63,966 nucleotides of DNA, filler included, from Lama guanicoe (GCA_013239625.1; 83 parts of 80 records of this genome joined end to end with filler, not necessarily neighbours in it); one strand, 5' to 3'. Positions 10,827 to 24,579 are shown, counted from the whole stretch's first letter. Translations and numbers: made by a program. Notes: generated by a model not told the origin, from the sequence alone.

Positions 10827-11980
10827 NNNNNNNNNNNNNNNNNNNNNNNNNNNNNNNNNNNNNNNNNNNNTTAATTAATTAANNNNNNNNNNNNNNNNNN
10901 NNNNNNNNNNNNNNNNNNNNNNNNNNTTTAATTTTGTTAACTTTGTTTTCCAGAAAATTATTCATATAGCCTAATTAATATGGCCATTATATAGGTATGA
11001 AGTTGTTCATTACATTTTTCATAATACTTTTTTTCACACTATTTCTTGTCTTATAATAAACTTTTTTAATTGCTTGACAAGGTTCATCTATTTTCAATTA
11101 GAAAAATAATACTTTCCTTTTCCAAAACCAACATTGATTTGTGTCCATCACACAGTGTTTGCTTTCCAACTATTTTAGGTTTTCTATATTAAATTCCTCC
11201 CCCATTTCCAATGTTTGAAATTAATTTTCAATTTTGAATGTATGCTTTGTATAATTTCAAATTTGCTAAACAAACAAAAAAAGATGATCTTCACTGAAAA
11301 ATGAAAGCATGGCTGCCATAAAGGGAAACAGACACCAGAAATGAAATGACAGTGAGTGACAGAGAGAAGAATAAATTTTCAGCAACAGGAAGACAAAGAC
11401 AATCAAAAACAAATCAAAGAGAATAGCAATTCCATACAAAGAATTAAAAATATATGGAAAAACTGATAAAGGGCATATCAGAAAGCTCACATCTGAGGAA
11501 CTGTAATGATTAGTGACTCTCAAAAGACATCCCTGACTTTACCTAGTCCTAAGAAAAAGAACCTTTTTAATGACTTCCAATCACACCACTACTTTTACAT
11601 AAATATTGAAAACTCATAACATGCTTTACCTGGCATTAAATACACCTTTTTTCACAACAGAAACCAGCAAATACTCTTCAAGATGAAACACAAAGCACAG
11701 CTCTTTGTGTTTCTTCTATAAGAGACAGAAGGAGCCTGACTGGATCATTGCAATAATGTGGTTCTCAGGGAGAGCCCCTTCCCTGTTTGGCTTACCTTTC
11801 TCCCAGTTACTTTAATGATATAAGATGCTGAGGTCTTTGAAATCTCCTTCAAGGAGAGACTGCTGACAAACCCTAGTTCCNNNNNNNNNNNNNNNNNNNN
11901 NNNNNNNNNNNNNNNNNNNNNNNNTTAATTAATTAANNNNNNNNNNNNNNNNNNNNNNNNNNNNNNNNNNNNNNNNNNNN

Positions 11981-13200
11981 GGTTTTACAGTGAAAACTGG
12001 CAGGAACTTCAAACCGGCACTACGAATCAAACTGAGAATCCAGAGTAAGTGTTTCTCCTGCTATCTTTTTCCTTTGTGCTAGATGAACGAACGTCTCTCC
12101 ACATCCTCAGTTTTGAGAGTTAAGCGTGTGTGAAAGCCGTCCTTCACATAGCTTGTTGGGAACACAAAGTTTCACTTCAGTTGCAAACTCCACTCCATAC
12201 ATATATATGGGGAGGTACAAGCTCCAACTCGGTTTTACAGTGAAAACNNNNNNNNNNNNNNNNNNNNNNNNNNNNNNNNNNNNNNNNNNNNNNNNNNNNN
12301 NNNNNNNNNNNNNNNNNNNNNNNNNNNNNNNNNNNNNNNNNNNNNNNNNNNNNNNNNNNNNNNNNNNNNNNNNNNNNNNNNNNNNNNNNNNNNNNNNNNN
12401 NNNNNNNNNNNNNNNNNNNNNNNNNNNNNNNNNNNNNNNNNNNNNNNNNNNNNNNNNNNNNNNNNNNNGTTTTACAGTGAAAATTGCAGGAACTTCAAAC
12501 CAGCACTAGGAAACGTACTGAGAAACCAGAATAAGTGTTTCTCATACAACCTGTTCCCTTTGTTCTAGATATCGAACGTCTGTCCATATGCTCAGTTTTG
12601 AGAGTTAAACGTGTGTGAAGCCGTCCTTCACCTAGCTTGTTGGGAACACAATGTTTCTCTTCCGTTGCAAAGCCCACTACGTACATATTTATGAGGTATT
12701 CAAGCTTTAACTCGGGTTTATAGTGAAAACTGCAGGAATTTCAAACCTCCACTAGGAAGCAAACTGAGAAAACACCGTAAGTGTTTGTCCTGAAAACTTT
12801 TCCATTTGTGGTACATGAACGAACGTCTCTCCACAAGTTCAGTTTTCAGGTTTAAGCGTGTTTGAATCCTGTCCTACACCTAGCTTTTTGGGAACACAAT
12901 GTTTCTATTCCTTTTTGAACTCCACTACATATATATATATATATGGGGAAGTACAAACTCCAACTAGGGTTTACCATGAAACTTACAGGAACTTCAAACT
13001 CGCACTAGGAAACAGACTGAGAAACCAGAGTGAGTGTTTCCCCTGCAACCTGTTCCCATTGTGTTAGATGAACGAACTCTCCACATGCTCAGTTTTGAGA
13101 GTTAAGCGTGTGTGAATTCCAGTCTTCAACAAGCTTGGTGGGAACACAAATTTTCTCTTCAGTTGCAAACTCCACTACATACTTATATATAGTGAGGTAC
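11981..13200 (-). repeat. Satellite B (~249-bp monomer)
   Basis: Reverse complement of the array at 22484-23582; ggttttacagtgaaaac recurs about every 250 bp. Confidence 0.95.
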
Positions 13201-14378
13201 NNNNNNNNNNNNNNNNNNNNNNNNNNNNNNNNNNNNNNNNNNNNTTAATTAATTAANNNNNNNNNNNNNNNNNNNNNNNNNNNNNNNNNNNNNNNNNNNN
13301 CCGCCCACCTGGGAGGCATGGATGTGAATGCAACACGCAAGTAGGGTGGACGACTGGTACCAGAAGGGCCTGGCTAGTTTCCCTCCACTGACCTTCTCCC
13401 CCTTTAAACTTGCATTGTTCCCCCTGGTAAGGGTGAACCCCTGGAACAGACTGCCCGTAACTTCTGTGTATCCCAGGGTACATGCCTTATGCTTAGGAGG
13501 CCAGAAAAACTGCATCGTCCCCAGTCACTATCAATGTTCTTAAAAGTCTGGGTATTTATAACTGTATTTTTCAATGAGACTATTCCAGAAATTTCCAAGC
13601 ACCATTCTCCAGGTTGGCTCCCCTCCCAGCGCCCATCCTTTCTCACCTCAGAAACTCTGCATGATTGCTTCTGTTCATGGGAAAGCGAGTCCGGTAGGGT
13701 GGGGACTCCCAAGGACTCCGCCCCTCACAGGTGAGTGTGACTACCTTCACCCCACTCCGACTCCAGCTTCTGAGGATTCTCCCCTCCCCGACCCTGCAGC
13801 CTCTGCAGCTTCCCAAAACACACACGTGGCCACGACCCTCCCTTCAGATTTCTTCCTGGCTGGCCCTGCACTCCCCCCGGCCCCTTAAAGATAAATGGCT
13901 TTTGTCTGAAAATCGCAAACGCCGCTGACTGACACACCAAAGCTGCATGGTCTGGGCTTTCCTCCANNNNNNNNNNNNNNNNNNNNNNNNNNNNNNNNNN
14001 NNNNNNNNNNNNNNNNNNNNNNNNNNNNNNNNNNNNNNNNNNNNNNNNNNNNNNNNNNNNNNNNNNNNNNNNNNNNNNNNNNNNNNNNNNNNNNNNNNNN
14101 NNNNNNNNNNNNNNNNNNNNNNNNNNNNNNNNNNNNNNNNNNNNNNNNNNNNNNNNNNNNNNNNNNNNNNNNNNNNNNNNNNGTACCTCCCAGACTCCAC
14201 ATTTTAGTAACAGCCCCAGAACCCACCTGGTTGTTTGAGGTCACATTCAATTTCACTGTTCCCTCCCCCAAGCCCTGCNNNNNNNNNNNNNNNNNNNNNN
14301 NNNNNNNNNNNNNNNNNNNNNNTTAATTAATTAANNNNNNNNNNNNNNNNNNNNNNNNNNNNNNNNNNNNNNNNNNNN

Positions 14379-15538
14379 TCAAAAAAGAACAATCACAAAT
14401 AAACAATATAACCCATCAGCAGAATGAGCTAGAAAAAGAAGAACAAAAAAGCACAAAAGGAAGTAGAAGGAAGGAAATCATAAATATTGGGGAGGAAATA
14501 AATAAAATAGAGTTTAAAAAGTCCATAGAGAAAAAAACACCCAAACCAAAGGCTGGTTTTTCAAAAAAGTATGTAAAATAGACAAACCTGTGGCCAAACT
14601 CAAAAAAAAAGAAAAGAGAGATAGCATAAATTAGCAAAATAAATAGGAGAATGTAGAAATTAAAGCAAAAATTAGAAANNNNNNNNNNNNNNNNNNNNNN
14701 NNNNNNNNNNNNNNNNNNNNNNAATGAAAAGCAAAACAAACTGGATAACCTAGAGGAGATGGACAGGTTTCTGGAAACATACTGTCCACCAAGACTGAAT
14801 CAAGAAGAAACTGACCCCTTGAACAAGCAGAGCACTAGAAATGAAATCAAAATAGCAATATAAAACCTACCTATAAATAACAGTCCAAAACCGGACGGCT
14901 TCAGAATGGAATTCTAAGAAACATGCATAGAAGGACTCAAGCCAGTCCTTCTCAAACTCTTCCAGAAGATTGAAAAGGAAGGAATACTCCCAAAGTCATT
15001 CTATGAAGCCACAATCACCCTGATACCACAAACAGGTGAAGACACTACCAAACAAGAGAATTATAGGCCAATATCACTGATGAACACAGANNNNNNNNNN
15101 NNNNNNNNNNNNNNNNNNNNNNNNNNNNNNNNNNNNNNNNNNNNNNNNNNNNNNNNNNNNNNNNNNNNNNNNNNNNNNNNNNNNNNNNNNNNNNNNNNNN
15201 NNNNNNNNNNNNNNNNNNNNNNNNNNNNNNNNNNNNNNNNNNNNNNNNNNNNNNNNNNNNNNNNNNNNNNNNNNNNNNNNNNNNNNNNNNNNNNNNNNNN
15301 NAAATTCCACAGTATGAAAAAATCTCTCACCAAAGTGGGCATAGAGGCAACATATCTCAGCATTATGAAAGCTATAGATAACAAACCCACAGCCAGCATA
15401 GTACTCAATGGTGAGAAAGTCAAGTCCTTCAAGCTAAAATCTGGGACAAAACAACGATTCACACTATCTCCACTCCTACTCAACATAGTCATGGAAGTCC
15501 TAGCCACGGCAATCAAACAAGAGAGAGAATTAAAATGG
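14379..15538 (+). mobile_element. LINE-1 ORF2 fragment (Z domain to reverse transcriptase), disrupted
   Basis: Peptides [10 protein letters not shown] and [59 protein letters not shown]. In-frame stops and frameshifts upstream. Confidence 0.95.
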
Positions 15539-18500
15539 NNNNNNNNNNNNNNNNNNNNNNNNNNNNNNNNNNNNNNNNNNNNTTAATTAATTAANNNNNN
15601 NNNNNNNNNNNNNNNNNNNNNNNNNNNNNNNNNNNNNNTACTTAATTCATATTTAAGAACCTGTGTACCAAAGCCTTGTTTCCCAAAATTTCACAGTGAT
15701 CTGAGGACCTTGTAAGTGGGGGTTCTGATTCTTTCCAACTGGGGTTAATGCTTTGTCTTTCCATCAAGCTCCCTACTGATGCCATTCCTGCTGGTCCTTT
15801 AAGGAGGAAGGTACTAGGCCGGGGATTCTCAAAGCATGGTCCCAAGACCAGNNNNNNNNNNNNNNNNNNNNNNNNNNNNNNNNNNNNNNNNNNNNNNNNN
15901 NNNNNNNNNNNNNNNNNNNNNNNNNNNNNNNNGGGCATGTGCTATTGCCTGCTAAGATTTGAGAGCCAGTGTAATAAACCGTTTATTACTCACAGATAAA
16001 CTCATCATCCCCTACATGCTCAATTAAGCAGGCCCCTGTTGGACCTCAGACACTACATGATGGCGATGTGGTAACACCAAATGCCTCTAGTTTCTTCAGT
16101 CTCTTTAACTTCCTCTTTGCTCACACTAGCATGAGTCCACCTGGAAGGACAAGACTTTAATTCTACTACCGAAGGCTAACCAGTGAACCTCCTGGGACTT
16201 GCATTCTTCATCTGTAGAATGGATAGTGTATAAGTGAAAGTGAGTTTTCGTGAACTGTAAGGTATTCCGCAATGATGGTAGCGGTGAGAGTTGACCGAGC
16301 ACAACAGACGTGCATGTCATAGGAGCTTCATTTAACACTCTCAGTGTTGTGCAGAAAAATAAGAGATGCCAGTCATTTCAAAGCCAGTACCTCAACTTCC
16401 CCACAGATGGAGGTCATTTCTATCCTCTGCAAGAGTCCTCCCTGTCAGTATTCTCTACTNNNNNNNNNNNNNNNNNNNNNNNNNNNNNNNNNNNNNNNNN
16501 NNNTTAATTAATTAANNNNNNNNNNNNNNNNNNNNNNNNNNNNNNNNNNNNNNNNNNNNAGAAATTCCATTTCTCTTCTGAATCCTGGAGTCATTACAGA
16601 ATTCCTCACCTACTGCAGATCATCCGATGGCTTTTTTATCTCCTTCTCTAACCTGCCAGAGGTATATCCTTATCAGTTGTAGAGGCAAAAATTTAAACCA
16701 TGCTGTTGTCACAACTTACACCTGAGGACTATCGCTGCTCTTACCTGTACTGCTACCGAATGTCTTAGACCCATTTCTGAGACTACTGACACTGCCACCA
16801 AGTAGTCCCCAGGCATTACAGAGAAATAGTTTGCATTGTTCTTACTCTTATTTCATCCCTCTCACTCTGTTTCTAAATACATCCCTAAGGAAGGATGAGG
16901 TATCTAAGGGAAATTGACAACCCTTTGTTCTGTCAGAATCATACTTCACTTCTAGCACGTTGTTGTTGAACCAAAATCTGTATGTGATTCCCCTTCCTCC
17001 ATTNNNNNNNNNNNNNNNNNNNNNNNNNNNNNNNNNNNNNNNNNNNNTTAATTAATTAANNNNNNNNNNNNNNNNNNNNNNNNNNNNNNNNNNNNNNNNN
17101 NNNAGGCACCCACTCTGTAGAGAAGTCCCTACTCAGCTCACCTGGTTGGAGAAAGAGGCATGTTCTGCTGCATCCCAATATCCCGAGGCTGCAGCCCCGG
17201 AAAGCCCGCAGCGAGGGGCTCTACCAACGCTGCCGGCACTGGGTCAGGTCTCACCCAAGGCGCCTTTGGCCTTTTGGCCAGAAAGACCCAAAGGTAACAC
17301 AGGGAGGCCCAGGGCAGGCCCGCCCAGGCTGGGCCACCACTCAGATCCCACCCAGGTAGCCATACGGCCCTGTCCTGGCTGGTGGAGGCGGAGCAGTCAT
17401 GTTGGGGATGGGTTTTTGCCTCAAGCAAGAGCAGGCCAGAGGCCTAGGGGGCCGGTCATATCCACAGCCCAGGTCAAAGCTGGCTGGCTGGGATGTGGAG
17501 AAGGGTCCTGCTGCCGAGGTGGAGCCCATGATCTCTGGGTACGTCTTTTCCTTCTCAGATGTCTGAGATGAACAAAGTCCCAGTCTGATCTGGTAGCAGA
17601 AGTTCTGGTGGACAGAATCAGGAGTGTTCCTGGCAGGGCAGGGCTCTCAGAATTCCAGGCCGGGTCAGCTGCTGGTCACTGTCANNNNNNNNNNNNNNNN
17701 NNNNNNNNNNNNNNNNNNNNNNNNNNNNTTAATTAATTAANNNNNNNNNNNNNNNNNNNNNNNNNNNNNNNNNNNNNNNNNNNNCTAAGTTAAAATTGCT
17801 CATATAAACAAGCTAGCACAGAGTTTCGTGGAATTGGAAAATTATACTGGCCCTTCCATGCTTATCACTGAAACTTAATAGTACCGAATAATCGTTCTTT
17901 TTTAGTATGTAAAACTGTTACATTTGGGGATGTCAGCGTACTATTTTGAGATATTATCTCTTAGCTTCAGATGATCAGTTTTGTCCTAGTGAACTCACTC
18001 TTACACATTAAACGTGAATGTTCGTAAGAATAATCATAGCTGACATCTACCTAGCTCCCACCGTATACCAGGTACTGTTCTAAGTGCTATGTAGTTTAAT
18101 CCTCGCAGCAACCTTAGGAGAGACAGCAACCTTAGGCTATTTTTACATCCTTTTAAAAATGAGGAAGCCAGATCACACAGCTATGAAATGATGGGATTCA
18201 AACCTCCTCCAGAGTCTGTGTTCTTATTAAATACTGAAAGAATAGAATGCATTCTCAGTTTAGAATATTGTTGGCAGTTGCTAGCCACATGAGGGCACAA
18301 ACTTTGTTTAGTTCATGGTTGTGCTCAAATACCTTGAACAGCTCCAGAATGCATCGCATCATGCGTGTTTGTGAAATCAGTGTCTGCTTTCCTAATCGGG
18401 CTCCCTGCTTCACTTACTACCTCCTCTTCAGTCCTTTCTCTCTAGAAGGCTGTGTGGTCTTTAAAAAATTAATCATCTCGCTTTTTTTGTATAAAATCCC

Positions 18501-18544
18501 CAAATTCTTCTCAAAACACTTGGAATAAAATCCAGATTTATACA

Positions 18545-18745
18545 CAGTTGAGCCTTGAACAACGTGGGTTTGAACTGCACAGGTCCACTTTTATGCACAT
18601 TTTTTAATAGTAAATTCTACAGTCCTTCATGGCTCTGAGGATGGGGAACTGTGGATATGGAGGAACTGTGGATACAGGGGGTCACTCTAAGTTATATGTG
18701 GATTTTTGACTGTGTGGAAGGTCAGTGCCCCTAACACCTGCACTG
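18545..18745 (+). mobile_element. Tigger2-type (TcMar-Tigger) non-autonomous DNA transposon
   Basis: Starts cagttgagccttgaacaacgtgggtttgaactgcacaggtccact, the Tigger2/MER28-type terminus. Ends ggtcagtgcccctaacacctgcactg near the other terminus. Confidence 0.8.
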
Positions 18746-19293
18746 NNNNNNNNNNNNNNNNNNNNNNNNNNNNNNNNNNNNNNNNNNNNTTAATTAATTA
18801 ANNNNNNNNNNNNNNNNNNNNNNNNNNNNNNNNNNNNNNNNNNNNAGTCTCTTCTGTCCACGGGCTTCATTCCAGAGCTCCTACTCCCCCTGAGGCTGGA
18901 GAAAGCAGCCTGACGCCTCGGCTGTCAGAGTCCTTTAATGACCGGTGACGAGGCTGGACAAGCATGGCAGAGCACCCGCCACCATGAGCAGACACTCCCC
19001 TCACCCCCCGCCTGGACTGGCCATTTGTTCAGCTCCAGATGTGAGTACCCGCCATGCCGTCTCTGCTCAAAGGAACCCTCACTGACAGGGGATCCCCATC
19101 CGGTGTGCCACGTTCCCCTATGAGGACAAAGATCCCTTCCAGGGCCATCAAGTACATACGCACCCAGGCACTCACTGGAGCCTGAATAAATAATGGGTCT
19201 CAGACAGACACATAGGCATATTGTTTTNNNNNNNNNNNNNNNNNNNNNNNNNNNNNNNNNNNNNNNNNNNNNNNNNACTCACAGCTATTGCAG

Positions 19294-19296
<3 letters not shown>

Positions 19297-19333
<37 letters not shown>
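19297..19333. repeat. (TG)n microsatellite
   Basis: Pure TG run. Confidence 0.95.
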
Positions 19334-19342
<9 letters not shown>

Positions 19343-19649
19343 TGCGGGCTAGCATTATTATGCATTTTCTTCATTCTCGAATAATAAGAGATCAACAATT
19401 ACATAAGACTCCCTGAAAATTCTGGTCATTAAGAAAGGTCTTCATATTCAAACAGGCTGAGTGGAAACCATTGTTCTAGAAATCATTCTAGAACATTCTA
19501 GAAGGCTGGTTCTTAGCTGGACCTGGGGTCACAGACATTCTCCGGGGCTGTATCTACCATCTTTCAGACCAAACCAAATATACAGTATGTCTCAGGTCTA
19601 GGCAAAGTGCCCCAGACAAGAACTGGAGGCAGCACCGTCAGTCAGGGAA

Positions 19650-19817
19650 GCTGCTCAACCCTGGCGCTGCTGACGTGGGTGAGACAGCTCTCTGCTCTTG
19701 GGGCTGTTCATGCATGGCTGGGTGTGCGGCAGCAACCCTGGCTTCACTCACAAGATGTCCGTAGCACCCCTCCACCCAGTCGTGACGACCACAAATGTCC
19801 CCAGACATCGTCAAGTC
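19650..19817. mobile_element. MER20-like hAT-Charlie relic
   Basis: cagcaaccctggc...agatg.ccgtagcacccc...gtcgtgacgaccacaaatgtccccagacat resembles the MER20 consensus. Confidence 0.7.
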
Positions 19818-20829
19818 NNNNNNNNNNNNNNNNNNNNNNNNNNNNNNNNNNNNNNNNNNNNTTAATTAATTAANNNNNNNNNNNNNNNNNNNNNNNNNNN
19901 NNNNNNNNNNNNNNNNNAGCCTGGAAGGATGTTATTTATGTACCTGAGAGGGAAGAAGGGCTTCTGCGGAGGGTGAAGAGCTGAGAAATGGGAGGCTATG
20001 GCTCTGGGAAACCAATTGCCTATGCCCCTGCCTGCATATCACCTCCCATGCAAATGAGGAGTCAGGATGACCCTGACCGTGAGAAACCCAAGCAATCGAA
20101 GCAAGTTCTTGGTGATCATGTGAAGTCATATCCGTGGGCTCCCATGGGAAGCGGCAGTTTGGACCAGACCAGTTCAGACCTGCCCTGAAAGTAACTCAAA
20201 GGCCCCTGAAGTGGTCTCAGAACTCCTGGGACTGCTCTTCCTGGGACCTGCTCACTGGATTTGCTCTGGCCTGGACAGCCTCTAGGCCTGCCCTGTGCTG
20301 TGACTAAGCCCTCACGGTGATTCAGGCCCAGAGCACACCCAGCCTGCAGGGAGGTAAGGCAAGCTCCTTGTTCTACAACAAAAGCATTGAAGGCACCTCT
20401 ATCTGCCCTTGACGCCATGAAGATGCTGCCCCGAGAAGGCCTGGTTCTGGGTCTCCATTGGTGGACAGAGCAGAGATTCTGAGAGAGCTTTCTTCACTTT
20501 CTGGTTCTGAGTAGGCAGTGAGAGTGCGTGCTGTGATTTGGTCAGAGTTTGGTCTGGGCAGTGGTTCTCACATCGTGAAGTTGAGGAGACCCTTCCTGAT
20601 GTGTTGTGGCCAACTAGACGTGAGAGGATGAGGAACATAGAGCATCTTCAGATCAGANNNNNNNNNNNNNNNNNNNNNNNNNNNNNNNNNNNNNNNNNNN
20701 NTTAATTAATTAANNNNNNNNNNNNNNNNNNNNNNNNNNNNNNNNNNNNNNNNNNNNTACCCTGCCTTCCACCTTGTCTGCAGCCCATAATTACCCTGCT
20801 CCAGCTGCTCACCTTTCCACCATCTTTGA

Positions 20830-20856
20830 CACACACACACACACACACACACACAC
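20830..20856. repeat. (CA)n microsatellite
   Basis: Pure CA run. Confidence 0.95.
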
Positions 20857-21232
20857 TTACTCACACACTCTTCTGTTCTGGAATGATTTCCTTGGGATCT
20901 CATGCCAACTTTCCATTGTCAGGTTGTGCTGCCTGGGGCAGGTCCCTTCCCCTCTCAGAACCTCAGCTTCCCCATCAGGAAAACAGAGGGATTGGACTAG
21001 GTGAGCTTCATTGGGGCCCCTTTCAACGCCGAGATTCTTTAGCTTGGTGATGAGTTGGAAAGCCACTGGAGGACAGGGACTCTGTCTCGTATACACCTTT
21101 GTGCTCACCACAGAAGCCACATAGAAACTGCCNNNNNNNNNNNNNNNNNNNNNNNNNNNNNNNNNNNNNNNNNNNNTTAATTAATTAANNNNNNNNNNNN
21201 NNNNNNNNNNNNNNNNNNNNNNNNNNNNNNNN

Positions 21233-21704
21233 AATATAGAACCCAAAATTTAGAACATGGAATGCCGAACACAGAATTTAGGATATAGAAATCAGAATAC
21301 TGAATACAGAATTTAGAAGAGAGAATGTAGAACACAGAATAAAGCATATAGACTCCGGAATGCAGAATAAAGTATATAGAATATAGAATGATGAACACAA
21401 AATATACAATATAGAACAGAGAATATAGAACCCAGAATTTAGAACATGGAATGTAGATCACAGAATTTAGAATATAGAATTCAGAATACTGCATATCGAA
21501 TTTAGAATATGAATGTAGAACACAGTATATGGAATGTAGAATACGGAATGCAGAATATTGAATACAGAATATAGAATGTAGAACACAGAATTTAACAGAA
21601 TATATACACTTCGCAATGCAGAATATAGAATATAGAATATAGAATGATGAACACCGAATATAGAATACAGAGTAGAGAATATAGAACGCAGAATTTAGAA
21701 CATG
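21233..21704 (-). repeat. AT-rich 7-bp-based satellite
   Basis: TAGAATA-type tandem array. Confidence 0.93.
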
Positions 21705-22483
21705 NNNNNNNNNNNNNNNNNNNNNNNNNNNNNNNNNNNNNNNNNNNNTTAATTAATTAANNNNNNNNNNNNNNNNNNNNNNNNNNNNNNNNNNNNNNNN
21801 NNNNCATGATTCCATGGCTAAATCAGTTTGAGAAATGCTAGGTTAAAGTTAAACGGATTTCTCTAATTTTAGGACTTCCCAGAAAATTGAAATAAAATAG
21901 CTGTCACATGTAACACTTTGGATGGTAAATGTCTTACAGGATACATTTTAGGAAATGCTAATTTTGACTCTCCTCCTTGTTTTACAGACAAAGAAGCCAA
22001 GACCCATGGGGGATAGTGACCCGCACAACATCACTTGGGGTTCCAGGCGTGACGAGGCGCTAGATCCCAGGTTTCCAAAACCGCAGTATCGTGTGTTAGA
22101 CTCCTGAAAGCATACCTCTACAGAATTGCAAAAGTTGCGTTTACTCAAGCATCAAGGCTGCTATACCAAAATAACTATCCAGGACGACCAATATCACATG
22201 CAAAGTCTAAGCTAGATGCCACATGTCACATTTGGGGGCCACTGACCAGTACACAGAATTATGATGAAGGTCACCTTAGTGAGTGGCAATGCTTCTTTCC
22301 TACTGCACCCCATGGTGAGCATCACTCCTGGTAGCAACCCAGCTCACTCATCCAATGGTTGAGATCTCTCCAGCTGTTCGCATNNNNNNNNNNNNNNNNN
22401 NNNNNNNNNNNNNNNNNNNNNNNNNNNTTAATTAATTAANNNNNNNNNNNNNNNNNNNNNNNNNNNNNNNNNNNNNNNNNNNN

Positions 22484-23582
22484 AACGGGTTGCAAGAGAA
22501 ACCTTTCCTCTAGTTTCTCAGTCTGTTTCCTACTGCCGGTTTTAAGTGCCTGCTTTTTTCACTGTAAAACTGAGTTGGAGCTTCTACCTCCCCATATATA
22601 TGTATGAAGTGGAGCTTGCAACTGAAAAGAAACTTTGTGTTCCCTTCAAGCTAGCTGCAGGACGACTTTCACACACAGATGTCTCTCAGAGACCAGCATG
22701 TGGAGAGACATTCTTTCATCCAGCACAAAGGGAATGGTTTCCAGGAGAAACAATTACTCTGGTTTCTCAGTCTGTTTCCTAGTGAATGTTTGAAATGCCT
22801 GCCGTTTTCACTGTAAACACGAGTTGGAGCTTGTACCTCCCCATATATATGTATGGATGGGAGATGTCAAATGAAAAGAAACTTTGTGTTCCACTCAAGC
22901 TAGGTGAAGGCCGACTTTCACACACAGTTGTCTCTCAGAGACCAGCATGTGGAGAGACATTCTTTCATCCAGCACAAAGGGAATGGTTTCCAGGAGAAAC
23001 AATTACTCTGGTTTCTCAGTCTGTTCCCTGGTGCCGGTTTGAAGTGCCTGATGTTTTCACTGTAAAACCGAGTTGGGGCTTGTACTTCCCCATATATATG
23101 TATGGAGTGTNNNNNNNNNNNNNNNNNNNNNNNNNNNNNNNNNNNNNNNNNNNNNNNNNNNNNNNNNNNNNNNNNNNNNNNNNNNNNNNNNNNNNNNNNN
23201 NNNNNNNNNNNNNNNNNNNNNNNNNNNNNNNNNNNNNNNNNNNNNNNNNNNNNNNNNNNNNNNNNNNNNNNNNNNNNNNNNNNNNNNNNNNNNNNNNNNN
23301 NNNNNNNNNNNNNNNNNNNNNNNNNNNNNNNNNNNNNNNNNNNNNNNNNNNNNNNNNNNNNNNNNNNNNNNNNNNNNNNNNNNNNNNNNNNNNNNNNNNN
23401 NNNNNNNNNNNNNNNNNNNNNNNNNNNNNNNNNNNNNNNNNNNNNNNNNNNNNNNNNNNNNNTCCAGCACAAACGGAATTTTTTCCAGGAGAAACAATTA
23501 CTCTGGTTTCTCAGTTTGTTTCCTAGTGCCGGATTGACGTGCCTGCCTTTTTCCCTGTAAAAAAGAGTTGGAGCATCTACAT
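22484..23582 (+). repeat. Satellite B (249-bp monomer)
   Basis: actgtaaa...gagttgg.gcttgtac occurs at 22561, 22810 and 23059 (period 249). Confidence 0.96.
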
Positions 23583-24471
23583 NNNNNNNNNNNNNNNNNN
23601 NNNNNNNNNNNNNNNNNNNNNNNNNNTTAATTAATTAANNNNNNNNNNNNNNNNNNNNNNNNNNNNNNNNNNNNNNNNNNNNGGGAGAGGTAGATTATAT
23701 ATCTCCCAGTACACTAATTGTTACCTTTTCAACGAATCCAGAGGAGATGCGAGGGTCAAGCCACTGAACCCTTGAATTGGAATTAGGCATATACATTCTC
23801 CAGCCCCCAGAGCCCAGCACAGTTCTGTGTCTACTTTTAATTTAAGCTTATATCCAATTTTTTTTCTTTTAATTCTCATTGTTGATACAACTTATTTTGG
23901 CTTTGAACACCCGTTGACTAATTTATAGAGCCTGAATCACTGACTTATTCCCGTTCACCTAGAAATTGTGATAACATTTCTTTCCTAGGACTACCTGCAA
24001 TACAGTGAGAGTAGTCATCATTTTGAAAGCAGTCCTCAGTCCTAATAATGCAGAACCTTTACACTTTTTGCCCAGCACTTGAGCAAGGCTGTTGTGGATC
24101 TCATGGATTTTCCTCACATCTCCTATTGCAACCGTGAGAAAACACCACATTGTTATCCAAAATCAAGTCTTTGTCAGTATTGCATTCCCATTGTATAACA
24201 GTTAGTTATTGTAGGAGTTCTGAGATTTTATCATGCTGAGATTTTTAGCAACCTAGNNNNNNNNNNNNNNNNNNNNNNNNNNNNNNNNNNNNNNNNNNNN
24301 TTAATTAATTAANNNNNNNNNNNNNNNNNNNNNNNNNNNNNNNNNNNNNNNNNNNNCAGGGCCAGGCACATGGGACGGTCTTTCAAGAGGGCTGTTCTGC
24401 TGTGGAAGGGAGACAGGTCACCCAAGGAAGCATGAGCCTGAGCCTGTCTCCCCACTTTGATCCTTCAGCAG

Positions 24472-24579
24472 GACGAGGACCTAGATGCCCCAAAGCCTGT
24501 GAGCTTCACGGTGAAGGAGACCGTGTGTCCCAGGAGGACACAGCTGCCACCGGAGCAGTGTGACTTCAAGGAGAAAGGG
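24472..24579 (+). CDS. Cathelicidin exon 2 (cathelin domain): [36 protein letters not shown]
   Basis: Contains the cathelin motifs [13 protein letters not shown] and EQCDFK. It is 108 bp, the canonical exon-2 length, flanked by ...cagcag and gtgagg. Confidence 0.96.

Noticed and set aside
22546..23526. Repeating peptide ORFs in satellite B (and the MFRNPERGEVPP ORFs in satellite A)
   Set aside because: A 249-bp monomer is a multiple of 3, so frames repeat trivially. Other monomers have stops and indels, and there is no recognisable domain.
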